A stretch of 63,415 nt of DNA, counting the filler, from Octopus bimaculoides (Eukaryota): the NCBI RefSeq assembly GCF_001194135.2. It is 7 parts of 7 records of this genome, joined end to end, with 100 filler letters (N's around TTAATTAATTAA, not from the genome) between each part and the next. Parts side by side here need not be neighbours in the genome. Positions count along the whole stretch, not along the records: positions 1 to 10,235 come from NC_068997.1; positions 10,336 to 35,932 come from NC_068985.1; 5 more parts are not named here. One strand, given 5' to 3'. The translations under genes and the position numbers were made by a program. The notes below the pieces were generated by a model, which saw nothing but the letters and a program-made list of their open reading frames with translations, was not told the DNA's origin and did not search any database. Positions 1 to 14,334 of the stretch are shown here, piece by piece. Each line of letters begins with the position of its first letter. The stretch's first letter is position 1.

Positions 1-425
1 ATATATACATACATACATACATACACGGACATATATTTGTATATTTATATATGTATATAAATGTATGTGTGCGTGTGTGTGTGTGTGTGTGTGTGCGTGC
101 ACGTGTGTGTGTGAAAGTCACTGTGCGCATGCGGGCGCTTGTGGTTAGGTAAATATGTATACAGATATTTAGATAGATAGTGACAGTGAAAGATTGCTGT
201 TGAATGCTCACGAGAGAGAAGGATGGACAAAATTACACAAAATTAGCGCGTGTGTTTGTGAAAGAATGTATGTGAGTGTACGTTTGTGTGTGTGTATGTG
301 TGCGTGTGTGTGTGTGTACTTACGCAAGAATGTAGATATGCCTGCGTGTATCTGCATCTATGTGTGAGTAAATAAATGTCAGACAGAAATACTCCCCGCT
401 GGCTTCAACGAACTAACACTGCAAT

Positions 426-1009
426 TAATAATAATGATAATCTTTTCTACTAAAGGTACAGTGCCTGATGTTAGGAGGGAGAGGACTAGTCTGCTACATC
501 GACCTCAGAGTTTCAAAGCTACTTAATTTATAGACCCGAAAAATAGGAAAGACAAAGGCGACCCCGGCGGAATTTGAACTCAGAACGTGATGACAGACGA
601 AATACTACTAAACATTTCGCCTGACGTGCTAACGATTCTGCCAGCTCACCGCCCTAATAATGTTGATAATAATAATAATCCTTTTCTACTGGAGACACAA
701 GGCCTCAAATGTGGAGAAAGGGATTAAGTCGATAACTGGTACTTATTTAAATGACAACCAAAGGATGAAAGGCAAAGTCGATTGGGGCGGGATTTAAACT
801 CAGGGCGTAGCAGCAGACGCGTGGCGCCCTGAACATTTTGCCCAGCGTGCTATAGCCACAAGGCCCGAAATTTTAGATCGACTCCAGTACGCAACTGGTA
901 CTTAATTTATCGACAAGGCAAAGTCGAATTTGAACTCAGAACGTAAAGACAGACGAAATACTGCTAAGCATTTCGCCCGGCGTGCTAACGATTCTGCCAT
1001 CTCACCGCC
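426..1009 (-). mobile_element. Cluster of tRNA-derived SINEs (family A; three copies or partials)
   Basis: Recurrent GGCGGTGAG(C/A)TGGCAGAATCGTTAGCACG..GTTCTGAGTTCAAAT..CGAC..CTTT head and body with an (ATT)n tail. Confidence 0.85.
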
Positions 1010-1099
1010 TTAATAATAATAGTAATAATAGTAAAATAATATGAACTGGAAAAATAATACTCCAGCGTCACTTTAACGGGGTGTGCTGCTCACTCACTC

Positions 1100-1137
<38 letters not shown>

Positions 1138-1332
1138 NNNNNNNNNNNNNNNNNNNNNNNNNNNNNNNNNNNNNNNNNNNNNNNNNNNNNNNNNNNNNNN
1201 NNNNNNNNNNNNNNNNNNNNNNNNNNNNNNNNNNNNNNNNNNNNNNNNNNNNNNNNNNNNNNNNNNNNNNNNNNNNNNNNNNNNNNNNNNNNNNNNNNNN
1301 NNNNNNNNNNNNNNNNNNNNNNNNNNNNNNNN

Positions 1333-1527
1333 GGTTCTCCATGATCTCATACTTACAGATAAAAAGTTTCGCAGAGTAGGAGCTATTTTATACATTTCCA
1401 GACATTTCCTAATCCAGCTATGTGGTAGGCTATCAAAGGCCTTTTTATAGTCTATCCAGGCTATTGACAAGTTTTTGTGTCGCTTGTGACAATCTTCTAA
1501 GATCATCTTATTGATGAGTAGCTGATC

Positions 1528-1528
<1 letters not shown>
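1333..1528 (-). mobile_element. R4/Dong-clade RT fragment, 5'-truncated, junction on (TAA)n
   Basis: Open frame KDQLLINKMILEDCHKRHKNLSIAWIDYKKAFDSLPHSWIRKCLEMYKI begins immediately after (TAA)n on the minus strand (plus (TTA)n 1529-1584) and runs into an N gap. Confidence 0.87.
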
Positions 1529-1585
<57 letters not shown>

Positions 1586-2061
1586 GAGTAGTAGTAGTAG
1601 TAGTAGTAATTATATCTGAGAGTCATAACAATTGAAAAATAGAAGAAGAATCCAGGGGAACGTTACAGTGAAATAATAGGGAGTCAAATAAACCGATTAA
1701 AAATCGTAGAAAAATTGTATTAGAGAACCAAGAAAAAAATCTATGGAAACGACGAGTAGATTCCGAAGAAGGGAGAGGTTATCATCATAGATATCACGTG
1801 ATTCGTATATCTATGACAATCAGGTCCAGCAGAAAATTAATTTTGCTGTCTCTCTCCGGCAATATAAACGTATGTAATCTGTACGAGACAACACGAACAC
1901 ACACACACACACATATATGTATACACACACATATTTGTGTGTGTATATATATAGATATAAATATATATATACATATATGTACACACATATATATATATAT
2001 ATATACATATATGTACGTATATATACATATATCTATATACATGGACATATATTTAGGTACA

Positions 2062-2109
<48 letters not shown>

Positions 2110-2183
2110 CATACACACACTCATACACACACACGCACACTCACACATGCCAAACACATACGATATGAATATATGTACATACA

Positions 2184-2222
<39 letters not shown>

Positions 2223-2567
2223 AGCCAATTCCACACCTGCACGCTATGTTTAATTAGTTTCTGCTGTTATTCTATATCTTTTTCCTGCTTGTCTCCCTTC
2301 CGAAAGTTTTTATTGTGGATATGTTTCAGTCTAACTTCCTTATCTCTAAATCTCATTCCCATTTTTTTATATTTATTTGTTACCTTTTACTCCGTTGTTT
2401 ATACGGTCTCATATACTCATATGTGCATATATGTATGTGTGTATGTATACATATACATTATATATATATGTGTGTGTGTGTTTGTATATATATAAATAAG
2501 ATATTCATCGTAACTCTTCTGTAATATACATAAGCGCAGGAATTTGCGTATACATGTATATTTCTCA

Positions 2568-2611
<44 letters not shown>

Positions 2612-4589
2612 GTAGTTTTCACTTAACTACCATAAACGTGTGCGTATGTGTCTTTCATTTCGCTTGCTTCAATAAAGAGACGAGCGAGCTGGCAAAATTG
2701 TTAAAACATTCGACAAAATGCTTAGTCGCTTTTATTCTGGATTTAGGTTCAAACTCTGCTGGGGTCACCTTTGCTTTTTATCCTTTCGGAAGCAGTAAAC
2801 TATGTAACCTATAAACTCCACCACACCCACCACTCCAAATTGTTTGAACCTGCTGAAAACGTGAAAGGATTGTTACTTGCTTCGATTCCCGAACCATGTG
2901 CAGCAATTTCATTTATTATTTGTTTCCACGTTACTAAAGGAAAAAGCATTTTAGTGATGTGTTTTCTCCACGTGAATATATGTTTGTTTTTGTCCTTGTT
3001 TTATCTGGTGTGCTTTTTCTTTCTCTGCTGTAACACGCATGCGCACACGTAGATAGACAGATGATAGAAAGATAGCTAGATAAGCAAATAGACAGATGTT
3101 ATTAATGTGTGCCGATATATATAAGCATACTTTTGCTCAAATATGTACACGTATATACATTTACAGTATCCTATTTTTATTTTGTATACCTCATTATATA
3201 TTATTGTACTTTGAGAAACATCCAATCCATTGACTGTCCAATCGTACATAGTTTGTTATANNNNNNNNNNNNNNNNNNNNNNNNNNNNNNNNNNNNNNNN
3301 NNNNNNNNNNNNNNNNNNNNNNNNNNNNNNNNNNNNNNNNNNNNNNNNNNNNNNNNNNNNNNNNNNNNNNNNNNNNNNNNNNNNNNNNNNNNNNNNNNNN
3401 NNNNNNNNNNNNNNNNNNNNNNNNNNNNNNNNNNNNNNNNNNNNNNNNNNNNNNNNNNNNNNNNNNNNNNNNNNNNNNNNNNNNNNNNNNNNNNNNNNNN
3501 NNNNNNNNNNNNNNNNNNNNNNNNNNNNNNNNNNNNNNNNNNNNNNNNNNNNNNNNNNNNNNNNNNNNNNNNNNNNNNNNNNNNNNNNNNNNNNNNNNNN
3601 NNNNNNNNNNNNNNNNNNNNNNNNNNNNNNNNNNNNNNNNNNNNNNNNNNNNNNNNNNNNNNNNNNNNNNNNNNNNNNNNNNNNNNNNNNNNNNNNNNNN
3701 NNNNNNNNNNNNNNNNNNNNNNNNNNNNNNNNNNNNTATATATATATATATATATATATATAAATGCACATATGTATACGTATACATATAGTAGCTCTCA
3801 TATATACATATATTTATATATGTGTGTGTGTATGTATGTATGTATGTATGTATGTATGTATATTTGTATATGTACAGTCGTTTGCATACAATTATTTACA
3901 CGAAACGAATAACACACTATGGATACTCAAGTTTAATTCGTATATGGCTGCTACAACCAGCACAACCATCTGCAACGTTACTACAATGAGCAATGCCTCC
4001 CCCCACCCACACACACACACCGTACTTATTTCCAACACCAATTTGCTGGCGCACACATACACAGTTATACAATTATACATATCCACAAACATTCACCCAC
4101 ATTCTTAGGCAATAATTGTTTTATATACAAACTCTAAATGCCACACTAAAACGTTGTGACAACGGCAGCAATTACTGTCCAGCGAAGGGTGAAATTTGCT
4201 CACACAACTACGTAGTCTGCAGTTGGAACTAACCAACGAAATGGAAGTTAAATCATACAACGAGAACGACGGTGATGGCGGTTACAACAACGGCTCCAAT
4301 GGTTACAAACATCACGGTGAATACTTTGGCGATGACCCCCGACGGCCACGAGAAGAACACTGAAATGGCGGCGGCGACGAGGAGGAAGACTGCGGCGGAA
4401 ACTGTGACGATGACGATGATGATGAAACCGAAGACAGCAGCGATGACGGCGGTGATGGCGGTGACGGCGATGACTACAGAGGCATCTACACGCTGTGATG
4501 ATAAAGGTGGGTGCGACAACCACGTTGAAGACGTTACATACACCACGCCACACCACAACACAACACAAACAACAAAGACGCCGTCGGCA

Positions 4590-4651
4590 ATATGGCCGAC
4601 AGTTGTTGACAGCAACGACGATGATAACGATGACGACGATGGTGATGATGG

Positions 4652-4682
<31 letters not shown>

Positions 4683-5120
4683 AATGATGGTGATGAGGAT
4701 GATGATGATGATGAGGAGGAGGAGGAGGAGGAGGTAGTTGATAACGAATGTTGATGACTTTTGTGAGGATGATGATAATGGTGATAAGGAGGAGGAAGAG
4801 AAGGAATAAGAGGAGGAAGATGATAACGGATGTTGATGACGATGAGGAGGAAGAGGACAAGGAGGAGGACGAGGAGGAGGACGAGGAGGAGGACGAGGAG
4901 GAGGACGAGGAGGAGGACGAGGAGGAGGACGAGGAGGAGGACGAGGAGGAGGACGAGGAGGAGGACGAGGAGGAGGACGAGGAGGAGGACGAGGAGGAGG
5001 ACGACGAATGTTGATGACGATCATGATGATGATGACGATAATGATGATGACGATTATGATGATGATGATGATGACGATTATGATGATGATGATGACGATG
5101 ATGATTATGATGGTGGTGGT
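4590..5120. repeat. Compound (GAT)n/(GAG)n with a perfect 12-mer array (GAGGAGGAGGAC)n at about 4860-5003
   Basis: Directly visible tandem units. Confidence 0.9.
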
Positions 5121-5395
5121 GAGCAACTGACAAGCAAATCTATGGTACTGAGCTGAATATTTGCTATAACGATATTTCTGCACTAGCAAGTCAGCGCTGA
5201 ATCTGTCTGAAATGTAATGGGAAATAGGTCAGTTTCAAAACATTGATGTCCGAGTTACAAAAGCAAATTTTGGAGGGAATAGTAGTCATTTCCTTTGATT
5301 TCTAAATAGTAGCAAATAGGAAGTAACCCTTATTGACCAAAGGAAAAAAAAATAATAAATTGTTACACAATGTTATTGAAGATTCAACATCTTCA

Positions 5396-5683
5396 GCCAA
5401 CGTAACATGGCAGTCCTGGTTTAGGACTAATGTTGCTGTAATTTAACCCCAGGAGACATCGTCTCCAGCTAGCTATACGACATGATCTGTGTCATATTTT
5501 CGAACAAGGGAATGTAGCACCCCCACTCGGCTCAAATCACGATACACAGATACTATTTTGAACTGATTCCCTTGTTCGAAAATATGACACAGATCGTGTT
5601 GTATAGCCAGCTGGGGACGATGTCTCCTGGGGCTAAATTACAGCAACATTAGTCCTAAACCAGGACTGCCATGTTATGTTGGC
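5396..5683. mobile_element. Foldback / hairpin MITE-like element
   Basis: 117-bp inverted arms (5396-5512, 5567-5683) with 6 mismatches and a 54-bp spacer; no TSD recognised. Confidence 0.8.
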
Positions 5684-6234
5684 AAACAATCGTTACTATA
5701 GTTTCAGGAATATGAATTTATTGCAAGAAGAGTACTTTATTCTAGAAGATACTTTTAGCGTAAGTTAAGCCTTAACACAGCATATATAATTTTCAATTAA
5801 TGTATTAATGTAGAAGGCAAGAAATGTTAAGAGGAAGATTTAGGTCGAAACCCTAGTTCTTTGGACTCGTGTCTTATTTTATGGATCTTGGAGAGATAAA
5901 AGGCAAAGATTACTTCGGTACGATTTGAACTCAGAACGCAGTGCCAGAACAAATACCGCTGTTTTCCAACGTTCTGACGATTCCGATAGCTCGCCGTCCC
6001 TTAGCAGACCTATGAATAAAGACATTCCAACGATGGTCGTCCAATAGACTTCACTTTCAAAACTACACGGGTCGCGAGGCTTCTTTTTATTTTTTCTTTC
6101 TGTGATTGTATGATTGTAGGTGTTGATGTGTGAAACTTTGGTTAATATTTCCAGCAGTAATAACAACCACCTTGAAGCTCCTTTGTTACTTCGATGTTAA
6201 TATAGTCGGACATCGGTGTGATAACTCTTTTTTT

Positions 6235-6293
<59 letters not shown>

Positions 6294-8354
6294 TATATAT
6301 ATATATATTTATATATATATATACATTGGTATATATCAAATACATTGGTATACATCACATGCATTAATATATATCACATGCTGAGAGTCTTTTTTGTATC
6401 ATTCTATCAATATTTGCATTGTGGTTTCGGCTTATTATACAAAATATAGACACTCTGTTTCCCGTTACAGTAATCTGTTAGAAAGATATATATATAAAAA
6501 CAAAAAATTCTGTGAACGCACGGACCATATAAATGCACCATTTTATATGAGTGCACATGTGTATCCGCATGACAATTTCTATAAGTCAAAAGACTTCTTC
6601 TTCGAAATAGTGGCGATAAATAATCCGATAGTTCTTCACACAATAACTCACCTTTGAAGCTGGTTAGAAAGAAGTATGTTATTAATCAAATTTTGTGCTG
6701 CATTTGGAGACCAATTCAAGGCAATTCGATTGTCAAAATGAAAATAAAAACTGGTAATTTGATGGAAATGGCAGTATTTATTGTACGATCATTTTTTTTT
6801 TTTTTTTTTTTACATCTATCAACTTTAGAACAATAAATAGGTTTCTTTTTCTGTGGGATGTTTATTTATTTATATGTTTTTTGTTTCGTCTAGTTTTGTT
6901 TTTACATATATCGACATTTTCAATGTTTTTCCTATTATTTGTATTATTGTCGTACCTAGTACGTTTCAGTAACAATACAAAACTGAATGAAATCCGTCAT
7001 TTTTATAGGTAGTATGGACCATATGTATTTTCTTTTTATCAATTCTTATGGGTTTAGTATCTTACATTGAATGAAAGAAAAAATCGTCAGCAATGCGTGT
7101 GTACAATGAAGAACAATACTAAATTCTCATGAGTATGCATAAATGTGTGTGTGAGAGCGAGCATGCTTATTTATGTATGTATCTATCTGTCTATCTCTCA
7201 ATCTTTCACTGTCTCTCTCCCTATATGTGTGTGTGTGTGTGTGTGCATAATAAATACATATATAGTTGCCTATAAGAACGTATGTATATATATATATATA
7301 TATATACACACACATATATATATATATATATACAGACACACACATTTACTTCTAAGTAAAGTGTCATTATAATATTGTAAAGCTTTATTGGAAGTTATTT
7401 CATTACCGGAAAATTATTGAAATCTTAGTGATATATCAAGTATTAAGTTCGTCATTGTATTTCTAAGAAACTTAGGTGGCGTATTGAGGCATTTGTGCAG
7501 CTTTTAAATCTTCTGATAAGGTTTAAACTGTGTCTTATTAAGAAATTACTTTTCGTTAAATATGCTTCTATTGTAATATGAAATCTTGTTTTGATATCGC
7601 TAGAAAACACTTTCTCGTGAATTTATGGTGGTCTCTATCGAGACAATGGACTACTTAGCATTACAAAACTGCAATTCATATGCCACAAATCGATTAAGGA
7701 CAAAAATCATTTTGGTGAACTCATTAGAACATGAAACGAAATGATTTACAATATCTATTTATGGCCTTTTATATTCTGAAGTCAAATCTTACCGAGGTTC
7801 ATTTACACATCATTCTTGCAGTGCCGAGAAAATTAATACCACTGGAACACTGTGGTCCGATCTAATCGATTTCTCTTTCCACTGAATTGCCAACCACGCG
7901 ACTATAACAATCAAATAAAAATATGTTTCTTCTCAAAAGAAACCATCGTTATTTGGTGGGAGGGTGGGGGGTAAATTGTTTGTTTATAACGATTAACGAT
8001 TAGAAACTTAAGCCCCTACTGTAGTTTCCTTGCTCGTAAGGACACCCGAGGGCTATGTCGTAGGTGGAACGAGTAACGTTATTTCAGTCGTCTATACATT
8101 TACATCTTTTCCTCTGTTACTGAGTGCTCGGGCATCGATATCTACGTACTTGAAGGGTAATTGTCAAACCTCATAGCTGTGTGTCTGAAAATAGAGAAAT
8201 CAGTCCATATATCAAAGTTTGTCGATACTTACTCATCTATTTCTTTCTTTGTCTGTCGTCCCATTAAATTATGTACGTAAATATGTAAACATATACATAC
8301 GCGTGTGTGTATAGTTGTATCTATGTGTGTATATGTGCGAGGATATGTGTGTAC

Positions 8355-8385
<31 letters not shown>

Positions 8386-8449
8386 TGTCTGGATATACGT
8401 GTGTATGTATATATAATTATATGTCTGTATATACGTGTATATATATATG

Positions 8450-8518
<69 letters not shown>

Positions 8519-9187
8519 ATGTTTGTATGTACATATTGAAAGAGGCGTGAATCATGGTAAGTCATATATCTAATTCACAAGGGACAAGATACTGAATGAT
8601 CAGCAATAGTATTCGCAGGTATGACGGCGTTTACTTTGTTCCTGCATCTTTCTAAAACTAGAGACAACAGCAATGTTTAATCAGGTTACAAATTGTTTCG
8701 ATTAGCTAAGCTTGTACGATCATGTAACATCCATATGTAATTGTATTCTAAGCTGTACGATACTTTTTATTAGTAAGCAAACTATGTAAATAAATATTGG
8801 AGGACACCGGGTTCAAAGGGAAATAATGCATTATTTGATATCTACATTACTCTACTCACAAAAGGGCAGAAAACGGTCCAGCTTTAGCTCAATACCGCAT
8901 TGAATCTATTTGATTTCATTATAACGCGCTATTTACAACAGATAATAGATCAGAGATGTTAGTGTTGTGACGGTTAATGGATTTGGTTATGGCTTATTGA
9001 CCTCTTGAATTTGAAATCGAATCAGCCCTCACCAGACACCTCACAGCACATATACTTCCTCTCTACCATCATATTACCAAATATGCACCCGCTCTCCTCG
9101 TTCTCTCTTTCGCACTTACGATTTTTCTTTCTCTCTCTCTCTCTATCTATCTCTCTCTTTATGTCCGTTTATATCTCACTATCTTTC

Positions 9188-9255
<68 letters not shown>

Positions 9256-10100
9256 CCACTTTGTCTGTGTCTCCTTTTCTCTTTCGCTATCTCTTTGTGT
9301 CTCGTTGATACCGAAGCACACTTCTATATTTTCTCCTCTATGTCACTTTGTCTGCCTCACTGTTTGACTATGCTTGTCTGCATACCACTCTCTTTTTCTC
9401 TCGCTCTCTCTCTCTCTCTCGCTCTCTCACACTCTTTCTGTCTCTCTCTCTGCTTACCAAAAGTCATCAAATATGATAACATCAATTTTGCCTCATTGCA
9501 ATATCCTCTACGAAAATATTCTCCCAGCTGAGTTTATTCTGTAAAGCTGGACAATGGGCGATTAAATAATTATGCACTGCCATTGTAATATCAGGTCACG
9601 TGAGAGGACGGCGACATATTGTGGAGAAATCCATTTGGTACATACACTTACTTAGCTTTTAGTGAAATAGTACAGCAGTTATTCGAAAATTTCATTTTCT
9701 ATTTGCTATTTGCTACTTACTGTTTGCTGTTTGCTATTTGTTGAGAAATCGTTTATATAACTTCAGTCCTGAATCGAAATTAATTCTTATTTATTTCCAT
9801 ATTATAAATAATAAGCTGTGATATAGCTTCTGGAAATCTAAAGGAAGTTAATACATCTATCTAGATTTCTACCAAAAGCTTCCACAGTGGGCGACGAATA
9901 CGTGTTTACAAGTCCACATTAACAAGTGTGCTTGACCTAACAAACCCTCAGATAAGAAACGAAGAGTCAGCATGCGGGCAAACGTAGTGGTTGAGGCGAT
10001 GGAAGCAGAAGCAGCGAAAGTAGTGGTGGTGATGATGCATGTGGGGATGCTAGTGGTAATGACAGGGGTAATGGACAAATATAGGTTTATATAGGTTTAT

Positions 10101-10154
<54 letters not shown>

Positions 10155-10235
10155 GGATAGATGGATAGATATCTTTTTAATATAGCCACACAGGGCTAAA
10201 TACAGAAAATGGACAAATTACAAAGTAGAGCTTTT

Positions 10236-10335
10236 NNNNNNNNNNNNNNNNNNNNNNNNNNNNNNNNNNNNNNNNNNNNTTAATTAATTAANNNNNNNNN
10301 NNNNNNNNNNNNNNNNNNNNNNNNNNNNNNNNNNN
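10236..10335. other. Artificial 100-bp assembly spacer
   Basis: 44 N + TTAATTAATTAA + 44 N. Confidence 0.95.
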
Positions 10336-10367
<32 letters not shown>

Positions 10368-10754
10368 TATATGTAAATATATATATACATATGCATGTAT
10401 ATTTATATGTAAATATATATATGTAGCTGTGTGTACATATATATGTATACGTATATAGCTGTGTACGTTCAGATATATACATGTATGGCTATATGTATAT
10501 ATAGACATGTATGTGTAACTAAACAGATATGTAGAGATATGATAAACAATACAGTAACTATATGATATAAAATAGTACAATAAATATATAAATATATATG
10601 ATAAAACACAGTATTTACATACATGCATACATGTTTGTGTACGCATACATATATGCATACAAACGTATAACTAACATGTAATGCAATAAATAGATGAAGA
10701 AAGAAAAATAGTTTTTCAAATTATGGAGCAAAATATAAAAAATCCGATATCGGA

Positions 10755-10818
<64 letters not shown>

Positions 10819-11146
10819 TAATAATAATAATGATAGTGATAATAATATTAATAATAATCGTAATAATAATAATGATAATAGTTATAATAATAATAGTATT
10901 ATTAGTAGTAGTCATAATTATAGCAGGAGCAATCATCGGTGTCGTAGTTGTAGCAGTTGTAGTTGTAGTAGTAGTAATAATAGCATTGATAGTAATAATG
11001 TTAATGATAATAATTAATAATCTTATCAATAACAATAGAGGTGATTTAAATAATGCTAAAGGTATCGGTGCCAAGAAGAAGAAGAAGAACAACAACTACT
11101 ACTACTACAACTACTACTACTGGTGCTGCTACTGCTCCTACTACTA

Positions 11147-11178
<32 letters not shown>

Positions 11179-11213
11179 GCCGCTGCCGCCGCCGCCGCCA
11201 CAGCCACCAGCAG

Positions 11214-11244
<31 letters not shown>

Positions 11245-11420
11245 GCTACTATAACCACCGCCACAACGACGACCACCACTACCCCCACTAGTACTACTAC
11301 TACTACTACAAATACTACTACTACTACTACTACCACCACTACTACTACTACTACCACTACTACTACTACTACTACCACTACTACTACTACTATTACTACT
11401 ACTTCTGCTGCTGCTGCTGT

Positions 11421-11472
<52 letters not shown>

Positions 11473-11500
11473 GCTGCTGTTGCTGCTGGTGTTGATGACA
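10755..11500. repeat. Compound trinucleotide tract (AAT)n to (TAC)n/(TGC)n
   Basis: Directly visible. Confidence 0.9.
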
Positions 11501-12737
11501 AGAAGTAGAAGAAAATGAAGAACAACTAGTGCAACGACACGAGAAACAATTACAAACATGGCGGTAACTTCAACAATAACTGAGATAACACGTGACTTGT
11601 TATTTTTTTTTTACCTCCAGAAATTACTGTAAAGTAAAAGAGGAAAGAATGAGAAGCAGACAAACAGACAGATAAATATAATATGATAGACAAAGAAGAA
11701 ATTGTAATTAATGCTATAAGTGATTATAACGATGATAAGCTGTTTTTGTACATCAATTCGGGATTTCACAAATATTATACACCAAAAAATATAATAAATA
11801 ATCACAAACACACAGACACACTCACACACGCACACACACATAGATGTATATATATGTTGTTTACAAAATAAACGGAAAATTCAGAAAATGCAATGAATAA
11901 ATAAATAAAATTCGGGAAACTATGAAGAAAATGTTTTTTCAAATTGTTATTTTAAAAGGTGTTTCATGAGATTTTTAAAATGAAGAATTTTTTGATATTG
12001 TTGTTGTTACTGTTGTTACTGTTTTCATTGTTGTTGTTGTTGTCGTCGTCGTCGTCGTCCTCGTTGCTGTTGCTCTGCTGTTTGTGTTTTGTTTATATTT
12101 GTTTTATATTGTGACATAGTTTCGCAGTTATTAACTGAGAATTATGGGATACATAACGAGAGATTATATAAGGAAGTATATGGGAGACAGTATGATAAGA
12201 GAATAAAAGATTATATAGCAAACTACATGATATCATATATATATGTTTCTGGAGCTGGTATTTTTTAATATATTTCAATACAATATTACTCCACTGTAGA
12301 ATATATCAATAAACTTTTAGCTAACACTGTATGTAGAGACAGATGAAAACAACATTGTTTGTATAGATGATATCTTTGTATATACAAAAAAAAAAAAAAA
12401 GAGGAATCTATCGAACTAGTTTCAATCCTGTGTTGAAACAGTTAAACAAGCTATTTGGTTACTGATGAAAATCTACAGCAAAATTCAAACAAGTCTGGTT
12501 GTTTCTTCTTTTTCTGCCCAGAAATATTGTGTGTGAAATGAAATTGCATACACCCCTTCCTCCTTCTTGCTTATAGGGTTGGATTGAATTCTTTTAGATA
12601 TTTTCGGTAGTGCAGTTCAAAAATAAATGACGGCTAACACACTAGTAACTAATGGTGGAACAAAATTTGCTGAGAATGCGTTATGCATAATACATACATA
12701 CATAGTTATTTTGTAATTATATACTATTTCCACCTGA

Positions 12738-12783
<46 letters not shown>

Positions 12784-13599
12784 GAGAAAACTTGGTTTAC
12801 GATGTTTGAAGTCGTGTATGCAATGTTTGCAGGCCTCTTTAGCCACTAACGATGCCGCAAATGCAAAATATAAGTTAGTCCTAGAGCGCACAATGTTCCT
12901 AAAGGTCAGCAATAGTCTTCCTCGGTCACGAGTGGACCATCATCATGTATGTTTGCGTGTATATATATATNNNNNNNNNNNNNNNNNNNNNNNNNNNNNN
13001 NNNNNNNNNNNNNNNNNNNNNNNNNNNNNNNNNNNNNNNNNNNNNNNNNNNNNNNNNNNNNNNNNNNNNNNNNNNNNNNNNNNNNNNNNNNNNNNNNNNN
13101 NNNNNNNNNNNNNNNNNNNNNNNNNNNNNNNNNNNNNNNNNNNNNNNNNNNNNNNNNNNNNNNNNNNNNNNNNNNNNNNNNNNNNNNNNNNNNNNNNNNN
13201 NNNNNNNNNNNNNNNNNNNNNNNNNNNNTATATAGCAGTCTATATGATAACAAATATATATATAGTGAAGACTATATGACAAAAGAATGTATAATAGAGA
13301 AATATAGGATTAATGAATACATATGAGAATAGAAAGAGCCCTGCCTGTAATGTAATAAATATAGGGAAATATTTGTGAAATCCCGAAAGTAAAGCAAAAG
13401 GGAGAAGAACATTTTATTTGACTAAAAAAAGCCGTTCGCCACTGTTGGTGGTGTAATTCTATATAATGAATCTTCTTCCTGTTCATCTTCATTGCAAGTA
13501 AATAATTGTAACGCGTCATCAATGACTTTTTGACAAAGGAATGGTGTAGGCTGTCCAACAGAACGCTACAGGTTGTTTAGAGACAGAGTATCAATGCTA

Positions 13600-13936
13600 A
13601 GAGTACGGTTCAAAGATTGATGGAGAAGATTAAAGAAAGTGAAACCTGTATTGAAGACAAGCCCTGCATTAAGAAACCAACGACTAGTAGCACTTAGATA
13701 ATCCCCAAATAGACAAACTAAATTGCATGGACAGGCGAACTGCAATCAATGAGCTTGGTTGCACAACGAAGATGCTGGAAGATTTTGGGCATCGGAAAGT
13801 TTGTACAAAGTGGCTATCTCAGCAGCTGACATCTGATTTAAAGGAGAGAAAGCTACACATTTACTCTGATCTGCCTGAAGCTTTTGAAACCAACGAAGAT
13901 GCGTCCCTTTCTGATCTGATAACTAAGGATGAATAG
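13600..13936 (+). mobile_element. Old, degraded mariner transposase fragment
   Basis: IEDKP..DRR..INEL..EDFGHRKVCTKWLSQQLT..SDLITKDE (degenerate LG.RKV..RWVP..LT and I.TGDE). Confidence 0.65.
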
Positions 13937-14334
13937 CGATCAAGATCTGGTTTCAACTATGGCACAAACGTGTTACTTATGATTGAGGCTATTGCTGAGT
14001 TGTACCCTTGAGCAAGGGAATAACAACTCAACCTATATGGGTATTTCGTTTAACAACCGCAAACAACTCTTATTCAAGGACCTTTTGGGCAAGATGGGCT
14101 ACTCTATCTGAAGAAAATTTTAATTGGGCCCCATCTGCAAGGTCATGCGCTGTTAGTATTGGTATGAGATCACTATGTCGCGCACATGTGGTTGTGATGC
14201 ATGTGCCTGGTGTACCCTTATCAGACGGGTAGTCATGATGGGTATAATGGGCTTCGTATATTTTATCCCAAGGTCACTTTGATGGCATGCATTGCTCTTT
14301 CACTCCATAATAATAACAATAATAACAATAATAA

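Noticed and set aside
426-1009. Repeated about 30-bp motifs separated by variable sequence, superficially CRISPR-like
   Set aside because: They are conserved blocks of adjacent SINE copies with irregular spacing in a eukaryotic context, with no cas genes.
4248-5189. Long ORFs on several frames (poly-D/E, poly-H, poly-I, RPPP repeats, a Thr/Ala-rich 160-aa frame)
   Set aside because: They are translations of trinucleotide and 12-mer repeats that are open in multiple frames and on both strands; no splice or domain support.
6646-6780. Minus-strand AAG|GTGAGT donor with nearby AG acceptors
   Set aside because: The implied peptides are unrecognisable, and isolated splice-like words are expected by chance in 63 kb.
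10721-11559. Mucin-like poly-T/S/V/Y ORFs
   Set aside because: Compound microsatellite; open frames are expected from repeat composition.
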